Source: Acidimicrobiia bacterium
Lineage (GTDB): Bacteria > Actinomycetota > Acidimicrobiia > IMCC26256 > PALSA-610
Length of the DNA: 64,000 bases
Direction: 5' to 3'
Assembly (NCBI GenBank): GCA_038213435.1
Contig: JBBQTI010000009.1
Location: 15,709 to 79,708, forward strand
How positions within the stretch are numbered: position 1 is the first letter of the stretch; each line of letters starts with the position of its first letter. Shown here one piece after another: positions 30,598-38,072 of the stretch. The notes beneath the pieces were generated by a model. The model was not told the DNA's origin, searched no databases, and saw only the letters and a list, made by a program, of their open reading frames with translations. The position numbers and the translations under genes were made by a program.

Positions 30598-31700
30598 GAA
30601 TCTCCCCTTGTCTTCGCCGAACTGCCATCTGCTACGGCGCGCACGTACTCCGGGCGCCACGAAAAGGTGCATCGTCGACCGGGCGCGAGATCGGCACCGA
30701 TGCCGGTGGCGGTTGGTACGTCGGCCACAAGCCGCGCGCCTTCGTCGGTTTCGGCGCGCACGCGTACGAACGCGCCGAGATACTGGACGGCGCGCACGGT
30801 TGCACGCGTGTGCATCTCGTCGGAACGCGGTTCCGCGCCCGCCGGGAGGATGCGGATGTGCTCGGGCCGGATCGTTGAGGTCTCGTCGCGACCGACGAGT
30901 GGCCGCGCCACTTCGGGCGGCAGGACGTTCGAGGTGCCGACGAAGCCCGCAACGAACTGCGTGATCGGACGTTCGTAGATCTCCGTGGGTGTTCCGACCT
31001 GCTCGATGTGCCCCTCGGCGAACACGGCGATCCGGTCGCTCATGGTCAGCGCTTCCTGCTGGTCGTGGGTGACGAAGATGAACGTGATGCCGACCTGTTG
31101 CTGGATGGCCTTCAGCTCGACCTGCATCTCCTCGCGTAGTTTGAGGTCGAGCGCACCGAGCGGTTCGTCGAGCAGGAGCACGGCCGGTCGGTTCACGAGC
31201 GCGCGCGCGAGCGCGACCCGCTGGCGCTGGCCGCCGGAGAGCTGATGTGGCTGGCGCGATCCGAACGCGTCGAGCCGAACCGTCGCGAGCGCCTCGTCGA
31301 CCCGCCGGTTGCGCTCCACCTTCGGCACCCGGCGAACGCGCAGACCGTACGCGATGTTCTGCGCGACGCTCATGTGCGGAAACAGCGCATAGTCCTGGAA
31401 GACGGTGTTGACGTCCCGGTCGAAGGGAGGGAGCCGGGTGACGTCGCGGCCCTTCAACAGGATGGTTCCGACGCTCGGTAGCTCGAAGCCGGCGATCATC
31501 CGGAGCATCGTCGTCTTTCCGGAACCCGAAGGCCCGAGCATCGAGAAGAACTCGCCTTCCGCGATGTCGAGGTCGACGTTCAGCACTGCGGTCACGTCTC
31601 CGAAGTGCTTGGTCACTCCCCGCAACGACACCGCGTGGCCGGAGGGCATCGGGCTCGGCGCAGCGGCCGACGCATCGTCGACGAGCGCTCGCTCGGGCAA
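30594..31700 (-). CDS. Polyamine-type ABC ATPase (PotA-like)
   Basis: GPSGSGKTT, VFQDYALFPH, LSGGQRQR, LLLDEPLGALD, VTHDQ. Confidence 0.95.
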   Translation of the reverse strand: MPERALVDDASAAAPSPMPSGHAVSLRGVTKHFGDVTAVLNVDLDIAEGEFFSMLGPSGSGKTTMLRMIAGFELPSVGTILLKGRDVTRLPPFDRDVNTVFQDYALFPHMSVAQNIAYGLRVRRVPKVERNRRVDEALATVRLDAFGSRQPHQLSGGQRQRVALARALVNRPAVLLLDEPLGALDLKLREEMQVELKAIQQQVGITFIFVTHDQQEALTMSDRIAVFAEGHIEQVGTPTEIYERPITQFVAGFVGTSNVLPPEVARPLVGRDETSTIRPEHIRILPAGAEPRSDEMHTRATVRAVQYLGAFVRVRAETDEGARLVADVPTATGIGADLAPGRRCTFSWRPEYVRAVADGSSAKTRGDS

Positions 31701-31780
31701 CCTTCGCCTCCCGTTGTCTCGTGGCGGCCAACCCTAGCGAGAACTCGGGGTCCGGCCCGCGATGTCCGCGTGCAATTCTC

Positions 31781-31811
31781 GGCTACGAAATTCGGGCTAC
31801 GAAATTCGTAG
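31781..31811. promoter_or_regulatory. Tandem 14-bp repeat containing a palindrome; possible operator of the ABC operon
   Basis: GGCTACGAAATTCG x2 (31781-31808); CTACGAA-A-TTCGTAG palindrome at 31797-31811, about 80-110 bp upstream of the ATPase start. Confidence 0.5.
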
Positions 31812-34166
31812 TTAGATGTCGACGGCTTCGGCATCGGCGCGAGCCTTCGGAGCGCTCAGGTTGTCGAAGATGCCCGGCGGATCGCGCCATGGTGACGCCG
31901 TGCGCCCGGCCTCCGCGTCGCGCACCGCGGCCCAGACGCGCTCCGCGGTGCACGGAATGTCGATGTGACGCACGCCCAGATGGCTGAGGGCGTCAACGAC
32001 CGCGCTCTGCACCGCGGGCGTCGACCCGATGGTTCCCGACTCTCCGATCCCCTTGGCGCCGAGGGCGTTGCGGGGCGACGGTGTCTCGGTGTTCGAGGCC
32101 TCGAACGACGGCAGCTCGGCCGCGCTCGGCATCGCGTAGTCGGTGAGCGTCGACGTGAGCGGATTGCCGTCGTCGTCGTACACGTACTGCTCCCACAGCG
32201 CCTGCGCCATCCCTTGCGCGATGCCACCGTGCTGCTGACCGGTCACGATGAGCGGGTTGAGAATGCGCCCGCAGTCGTCGACCGCGACGTGCCGGATCGG
32301 CGTGACGCGGCCGGTGTCGAGATCGACCTCCACGACGGCGACGTGCGCACCGAAGGGGAACGTCGCACCCTCTTGCTCGAAGTTGGATACCGCCTGGATC
32401 GGTTGGCGCTGCGCGAGCTGTGCCCACGTGAGCGCGCTCGCGGGGACTCCGGCCACGCCCACGCCGCCGTCCATCACGACGACGTCGTCGGGATTGGCCT
32501 CGAGCATCGTCGCCGCGACCTCACGGGCCTGCGCGATCACCCCGTCGGTCGCGTTCAGCACGGCGGAGCCGCCGAGCTGCAACGAGCGCGAGCCGCCGGT
32601 GCCTCCGCCGGTCGGAACTTCTGCCGTGTCCGACTGCACGAAACGGACGTTCTCGAGCGGGATCTGCATCCGGTCGGCCACGATCATTGCGAACGAGGTG
32701 GCGTGCCCCTGGCCGTGGGCGGAGGTACCGACGCGGATCGTCGCCGTGCCGTCGGCGTTCACCGTCACGGATCCGTACTCCGCGCCCCCGCCGCCCGCGG
32801 TGATCTCCACGTACGCGCTCACGCCGATCCCGAGGACGACCCGGTCGCCGCGCGCTCTTCGCTCGGCTTGCTCACGCCGCAGCTCGTCGTAGCCCGCGAC
32901 GCGCAACGCTTCGGTGAGCGCGGCGTCATAGTCGCCGCTGTCGTACTCGGTGCGCATGACCGTTGTATAGGGAAACTCATCGGGCCGGAGGAAGTTACGG
33001 CGGCGGATCTCGGCGGGATCGATGCCGAGCTCGGCCGCGGCGATGTCGATGATGCGTTCGAGCATCGCGGCGGCCTCGGGTCGGCCCGCGCCCCGAAACG
33101 CGCCCATCGGCGTGGTGTTCGTCAGCGCGACCGCGCACTCGTAGGAGATCCTGGGGATGCGATACACGCCCTGGGCCATCATGCGGGTCGGTCCCATCGC
33201 GAGCGCACCGCCGAAGCCCGCGTACGCGCCCGAGTCGGCGACGATCTGGCATCGCATGCCCACGATCGTGCCGTCGCGCTTGCATCCGAGCTGCACGTAC
33301 TGCACTTGCCCGCGACCGTGCGGCATCGAGATGAGGTTCTCGGAACGGGTCTCGACCCACTTCACCGGCCGCTGTAGGCGCAGGGCCACCGCGACCGCGA
33401 CGCAGTGCTCCGCGGCGAGGCCGGGCTTGCCGCCGAACGCGCCGCCGACGTGCGGCGCCACGACGCGCAGCTTCGTCGGGTCGAGATCGAACATGGGCGC
33501 GACGCGATCGGCGAAGCCGTGCGGCATCTGGGTGGAGACATAGACGGTGAGAGCGTGGGCGGCGCCGTCGCGGCCCGGGATCACCGCGATCGCGCTCCCC
33601 TCCATCGGCACGACCGCGATGCGCTGGTTCTCGATACGGGCCTTGACGACCACGTCGGCGCCCTCGAGCACGTCGCCCCGATCGCGTGAGCCGACCGCGG
33701 CCGCAAGGTTGGAGCCGAGCTCCTCGAATTGCATTGGTGCATCGGGCGCGAGGGCGGCCTCGGGGTCGGCGACGGCGGGCAGCGCGTCGTACTCGACGAT
33801 CACGGCTTCGGCCGCGTCGGCCGCCGCGGCGCCGGTCTCGGCCACCACGACCGCTACCGCGTCGCCGACGAACCGCACCTTCGTCTCGGCGAGCGGCGGG
33901 CGAACGCATTGCGCGTTCAGCTGCATCAACCCCTCGTACGGCGGCAATCCGAGATCGCCGGCGGTGAAGACCGCGACGACGCCGGGCATCGCGCGAGCGT
34001 CGTCGGCGTCGATCGACACCAGTCGCGCGTGGGCGTACGAGGAACGCACGAAGTGAAGGTGCATCGCGCCGGCGATCGGGAGGTCGTCGACGAACTGCGC
34101 ACGACCCAACAGCAGATCGGGATCTTCGACGCGCCGGACAGACGTTCCGAGAATCGATCCGGGCAT
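31812..34166 (-). CDS. Xanthine dehydrogenase-family molybdopterin-binding large subunit (CoxL form II-like)
   Basis: RRVEDPDLL.G, VGGAFGGK, AFRGAGRPEA, HGQGHAT, GGTGGSRS, GQQHGGIAQG, AKGIGESG. Confidence 0.93.
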   Translation of the reverse strand: MPGSILGTSVRRVEDPDLLLGRAQFVDDLPIAGAMHLHFVRSSYAHARLVSIDADDARAMPGVVAVFTAGDLGLPPYEGLMQLNAQCVRPPLAETKVRFVGDAVAVVVAETGAAAADAAEAVIVEYDALPAVADPEAALAPDAPMQFEELGSNLAAAVGSRDRGDVLEGADVVVKARIENQRIAVVPMEGSAIAVIPGRDGAAHALTVYVSTQMPHGFADRVAPMFDLDPTKLRVVAPHVGGAFGGKPGLAAEHCVAVAVALRLQRPVKWVETRSENLISMPHGRGQVQYVQLGCKRDGTIVGMRCQIVADSGAYAGFGGALAMGPTRMMAQGVYRIPRISYECAVALTNTTPMGAFRGAGRPEAAAMLERIIDIAAAELGIDPAEIRRRNFLRPDEFPYTTVMRTEYDSGDYDAALTEALRVAGYDELRREQAERRARGDRVVLGIGVSAYVEITAGGGGAEYGSVTVNADGTATIRVGTSAHGQGHATSFAMIVADRMQIPLENVRFVQSDTAEVPTGGGTGGSRSLQLGGSAVLNATDGVIAQAREVAATMLEANPDDVVVMDGGVGVAGVPASALTWAQLAQRQPIQAVSNFEQEGATFPFGAHVAVVEVDLDTGRVTPIRHVAVDDCGRILNPLIVTGQQHGGIAQGMAQALWEQYVYDDDGNPLTSTLTDYAMPSAAELPSFEASNTETPSPRNALGAKGIGESGTIGSTPAVQSAVVDALSHLGVRHIDIPCTAERVWAAVRDAEAGRTASPWRDPPGIFDNLSAPKARADAEAVDI

Positions 34167-34224
34167 GGCCCGACCCTATCGAGGACGCGGGCCGCCCGGG
34201 TCGGCCGGGCGCATCGAGGTTCGA

Positions 34225-35604
34225 TCAGCTCTCGGTCGCGATCCAGTAACCGGACCCGTCGGGCCGAGCGGCGACGTCGGTGGCGTCGTCCGCGCCGATT
34301 CGGCTGATCGCACCGCCCATGTAGCGCGCGTCGCCGAAGGCCGAGATCCCGCCGTCGGCGGCCACGAACCAGTAGCCCGCGCCGCTCGGGGTCGCGGCCA
34401 TGCCCACGATCGGCCGGTTGAGCGTGATGTCGACAATGGAGCCCGCGAAACGCGCGTCGCCGAAACAGAACACGCCACCATCCGACGCGACCAACCAATA
34501 CCCGCGGCCCGTGACCGTCGCGGCCATCCCCACGATCGGCCGGTTCAGGCGCTCGCCGCCCATCGAACCGTGGAAACGCGCGTCACCGAAACAGAACACG
34601 CCACCATCCGACTCGACCAACCAATACCCGCGGCCCGTGGCCGTCGCGGCCATCCCCACGATCGGGCGGTTCAGGCGTTCGCCGCCCGTCGAACCCTCGA
34701 ACCGCGCGTCACCGAAACAGAACACGCCACCATCCGACGCGACCAACCAGTAGCCGGCGCCCGTCGCAGTTCGCGCCATGTCGACGATCGGGAGATTCAG
34801 GCGTTGGCCGCCCATCGAGCCGTGGAAGCGCGCGTCACCGAAGCCGAACACACCCCCGTCGGCGGCAACGAGCCAATAGCCGTTCCCGGTGCGCGTGGCC
34901 TCCATACCGACGACGGGACGCTGCAGCGCTCCTTCCGGCTCTCCGTGGTCGGCCGCGGCCCCGAACGCTAGCACCGACGAGCTGAACACGTGAAGGCAAG
35001 GTGCGTCGTGGAGCGCGGTCGCGTTCGCGGTCGCGCTCGTCGTCGTACACGTCTCGTCGAAGTACCACGGCGGGATACAAGAGACGACTCGGCACACGAT
35101 CGGCCCGACACACGCGAGATTCTGACTGCACTGCCCGTATCGGAATTCGTTGCAGCACGTGAACCGTTCGTCGCACGTCCCCGACGCGCAGTGGCAGTTA
35201 CATGTCGCGCAACCCGGAGCGCACGTGCCGCCGGCGTCGCACCCGCACGTGCCGCACGACGCGTTGCAGTCGATGTAGTAGCGCGGACCCGAATTACAGA
35301 ACGACGAGTTGTCTGCCTTCCACCACCCCGCGGGAACGGAGCCGGGTGGGCACGTGTTCTTCCCACCGTTGACCGTGCAGCAGAACGCGGTCCATCCCGA
35401 CGAGCAGGACGCGTCGGGTCCGCACAGTGACGCATACGCGGAACCGGGCCGCAGGAGATACCGCAACGGATTGACCGCCAGCGCGGATCCGAAGACGGCC
35501 GTCCGGACGAGGAAGCTACGGCGTGTGACCCCCCGACCGATGCGCCTCGTCAGACCCGCGAGGGCGCGGTCGCCGAGGCGCCTCCGCGGTTCGGTCATCG
35601 TCAC
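34225..35604 (-). CDS. Tat-exported Cys-rich MADH-light-chain-like (MauA-like) domain fused to 42-aa GYWLVASDGGVF repeats
   Basis: TRRSFL Tat motif; 24 Cys; GGKNTCPPGS..GWW...YYIDC resembles MauA GGSLTNCPPGT...SW...YRDC; GTGA overlap with the upstream gene. Confidence 0.7.
   Translation of the reverse strand: MTMTEPRRRLGDRALAGLTRRIGRGVTRRSFLVRTAVFGSALAVNPLRYLLRPGSAYASLCGPDASCSSGWTAFCCTVNGGKNTCPPGSVPAGWWKADNSSFCNSGPRYYIDCNASCGTCGCDAGGTCAPGCATCNCHCASGTCDERFTCCNEFRYGQCSQNLACVGPIVCRVVSCIPPWYFDETCTTTSATANATALHDAPCLHVFSSSVLAFGAAADHGEPEGALQRPVVGMEATRTGNGYWLVAADGGVFGFGDARFHGSMGGQRLNLPIVDMARTATGAGYWLVASDGGVFCFGDARFEGSTGGERLNRPIVGMAATATGRGYWLVESDGGVFCFGDARFHGSMGGERLNRPIVGMAATVTGRGYWLVASDGGVFCFGDARFAGSIVDITLNRPIVGMAATPSGAGYWFVAADGGISAFGDARYMGGAISRIGADDATDVAARPDGSGYWIATES
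34228..34985 (-). repeat. 126-bp (42-aa) coding repeats: five full copies plus two terminal half-copies
   Basis: GAAACAGAACACGCCACCATCCGA recurs at 34462, 34588 and 34714; peptide unit LNRPIVGMAATxTGxGYWLVASDGGVFCFGDARFxGSxGGxR. Confidence 0.92.
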
Positions 35605-36053
35605 GATTGAACGTCCAAGCCGGCGAGCACCGCGTTGACATCGACGACGATGCGCGGCAGGTACGCGCGACTCCCCGCGACGACGTACAAACAGAACGGC
35701 CGTCCGCCGGCGGTGAAGAAATGTTGGCAGCCGAGCTGGCCGGGCAGCGGTCGCTGCAGGCGCTTGGAGCCGAACATGCCTGCGGTTACCCGCGGCACGC
35801 CCTTCGACGCGAACAACGGCGCGTCGCGCGATTCCGGTCCGTACTCGAACAGCACGACGAACACGTCGGTCGACCGCATTGCCGGCGTCACACCACCACC
35901 GAAGTCGTCGCGCTGTTCCGGCAGGGCGAAGTTCGCGAGGTGCACGACCGCACGGGTTCGCTCCGCCGCGAGGGTCACCCCCCGGCGTTGTATCCGCCCC
36001 TCCCAGCCCGGCGGCACCCCGAGCGCGAGTCCGTGGGCCGCGAGGCGCTTCAT
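35601..36053 (-). CDS. Uncharacterised 150-aa soluble protein in the mau-like operon
   Basis: MKRLAAHGLALGVPPGWEGRI...; overlaps both neighbours by 4 bp. Confidence 0.75.
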   Translation of the reverse strand: MKRLAAHGLALGVPPGWEGRIQRRGVTLAAERTRAVVHLANFALPEQRDDFGGGVTPAMRSTDVFVVLFEYGPESRDAPLFASKGVPRVTAGMFGSKRLQRPLPGQLGCQHFFTAGGRPFCLYVVAGSRAYLPRIVVDVNAVLAGLDVQS

Positions 36054-36727
36054 GTCGCCCTCGCGACCGCGAGCGCGACCATGCCGGCGGCGGCCACGCC
36101 CTGCACGGCAGTCGTCGCACGCGCGACCCGCGGCCGCAACCCCTCGAGGCGGCGCACGAGCCCGCGCAGGGTCGACGGATGGCGCACGCCGGCCGCGGCA
36201 AGGATCGGGAGCGCGCGGGCGAGGCCGAAGATCGCACCGATCAGGGCGCCCGCGATCGCATCTCCCGACAGCAGCGCGCACGCGAACGCGACCCACGTTG
36301 CCGACGCGGACACGATCGTCACGAGCGCGAAGCCGAGCTGCGCGCCGAAGCCCGCGCCGTAGACCCACCCGCGGTACGTGACGAGCCAACTCTCGTCGAC
36401 CTGGCGCCGCGGCCCGGGAACTCGCATCCCGAACGCGCGCGCGTCGAACATGATGCCGGCGATCGCCAGCACCGCGACGACAGCGAGCGCGATGATCGGG
36501 ACCGCGACCGGAGCGCCGACGAACCCGAGGGTGCCGCCGAGGAACGCGCCCGCGACGGTCGAACCGATGATGTAGGCCACGACGGTCACCCAGTAGCGCT
36601 GGCTTCGGGACCGCTCCCCGAGCGGATTGATGCTCGCAAGCATCGATTCTCCTCAGGGCGACCAGGCGCTGCGGGCCGCGGCCAGGGCGGCGAGCAAACA
36701 CCCGACGCCGACGACTGCGCCGTTCAC
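36050..36727 (-). CDS. MauF/CcdA-like membrane protein with an in-frame UGA at 36653-36655 (candidate selenocysteine)
   Basis: GTG at 36727 overlaps the upstream stop; reads MNGAVVGVGCLLAALAAARSAWSP-UGA-GESMLASINPLGE... in frame with the 197-aa ORF containing RQVDESW...GAGFGAQLG (MauF-like). Confidence 0.75.
36611..36644 (-). promoter_or_regulatory. Candidate bacterial SECIS hairpins downstream of the in-frame UGA
   Basis: Two perfect 6-bp stems on the mRNA: GAUGCU-UGCG-AGCAUC (36629-36644) and CCGCUC-GGG-GAGCGG (36611-36625). Confidence 0.5.
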
Positions 36728-37452
36728 GTGCGCGAATCCTCGGCGATCTGCGCGGCCGTGCGGTACAGACTCGGATCTCCCGGCACCACGCCCTGGGCAA
36801 GGAGCTCACGATCGATGCGAACTTCCCGCACATCGCCGCGCGCGTCGTCGACCGCCTGGCGCAGGAGGTTCTTCACCTGATCCCAATTGGCGCCGGTACC
36901 CTCACCGCGAACGCGGCCGTCCTGCCCGTCGACGAGCACGAAGTAAGGCGAGCCCGGTACGCGGTAGTCGGACCAGGCCGCGCTCGACATGACAACCGCG
37001 AGGTCCGGGCGCGCGAGCCTCCGCAGCGCCGAGATGCTCTCCTCGCCACCGTCCTTCGTGACGACGACGAGACGAATGTCCTCGGAGAGATCGAGGCCGC
37101 GCCCATCGGCGAACGCGTCCCAGAAACCCTGACAGGTGAGACAGCCACTCGAGAGGAACGCGAGCAGGGTGCGATGGCGGACTCCGACGACCGACACGTG
37201 CACCGCGTCGTCGCGTAAACCGGCGCCATCGAGATCGGCCGCGGCGGCGAAGGTCGCAGGTCCGGGGGTGCGAAGGTCGACGGGACGCGACCTCGCCGGA
37301 CCCCCAGCCGCGGCCGGGGCATCGGGTTCGAGTCCGGCACCGAGCGCGTGCAGGCGCCGCAGGATCTCGGCATGGCTCCGCAGCAGCCCGGCGACGAGCA
37401 AGGTGAGCAGCACGACGACCACCGTTTCCACGACCAGGATTGCGCTCGTCAT
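36724..37452 (-). CDS. MauD-like membrane-anchored thioredoxin-fold protein
   Basis: N-terminal TM helix ending GLLRSHAEIL; FLSSGCLTC (CxxC); VPGSPYFVLVD cis-Pro loop; ATGA overlap with the mauE-like gene. Confidence 0.85.
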   Translation of the reverse strand: MTSAILVVETVVVVLLTLLVAGLLRSHAEILRRLHALGAGLEPDAPAAAGGPARSRPVDLRTPGPATFAAAADLDGAGLRDDAVHVSVVGVRHRTLLAFLSSGCLTCQGFWDAFADGRGLDLSEDIRLVVVTKDGGEESISALRRLARPDLAVVMSSAAWSDYRVPGSPYFVLVDGQDGRVRGEGTGANWDQVKNLLRQAVDDARGDVREVRIDRELLAQGVVPGDPSLYRTAAQIAEDSRT

Positions 37453-37997
37453 GTCGATGTCGCTCCCTCCTTGGCGGCGGCGAGGTTCGACAGCTCCTCG
37501 AGCGCGAGCACGGCGAGCTTCACGCAACACCCGACGAGCACCACGAATATCGCGCCCTCGAGCCATCGCCCGGCGAGCTGTCCGAAGGGTGGACCACCCG
37601 ACGCCGACGCGATCGCGATGCACACCGCGGCGAGGTCGATCGCGACATGCGTGCGCGTCACGACCGCGTTCGTCGAGCCCAGGCACGCGCACGGTGTCGT
37701 CGGCGCACGGAGAAGCAGCCGGAGCGCGAACGCCGTCAGCACGAGGTAGCAGGCGGCAACCGTGAACACGACGCGACCACCGAGCAATGCTCCCGCGCCA
37801 CCGGTAGCCAGCTCGACGAGACCGAATGCGACGACTCCCGAACGGGGAACCTGTAGTCCCGCGGCGCGTGCGGCGGCCCGTGCGGGCGCGGGATGCAAGA
37901 TCTTGCCGGCGCCCGCGATCGCGAGCAACGCGCACGCGCCCAGAAAGGGCCCGGCCAGAGATCGAGCAACATCCGAACCGAGGATCACGTCCGGCAA
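37449..37997 (-). CDS. MauE/DoxX family redox-associated membrane protein
   Basis: LLAIAGAGK, GLVELATG, PCACLG (MauE CxCxG), about 5 TM helices. The start may be GTG 37988. Confidence 0.85.
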   Translation of the reverse strand: MPDVILGSDVARSLAGPFLGACALLAIAGAGKILHPAPARAAARAAGLQVPRSGVVAFGLVELATGGAGALLGGRVVFTVAACYLVLTAFALRLLLRAPTTPCACLGSTNAVVTRTHVAIDLAAVCIAIASASGGPPFGQLAGRWLEGAIFVVLVGCCVKLAVLALEELSNLAAAKEGATST

Positions 37998-38072
37998 ACC
38001 CTACGAACCCGGCGCGGCGGTGGAGGGGATGGTCCCGGCCGGCGTTCCTATCCGCGCGACGATGGGTGCGCC

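Noticed and set aside
31812-34166. Bona fide aerobic CO dehydrogenase (form I coxL)
   Set aside because: It lacks the AYxCSFR motif, and no coxMS or coxDEFG genes are nearby.
36653-36727. Stand-alone 24-aa leader or RiPP precursor peptide
   Set aside because: It is in frame with, and reads as the first TM helix of, the downstream MauF-like protein; read-through or a nonsense mutation explains it better.
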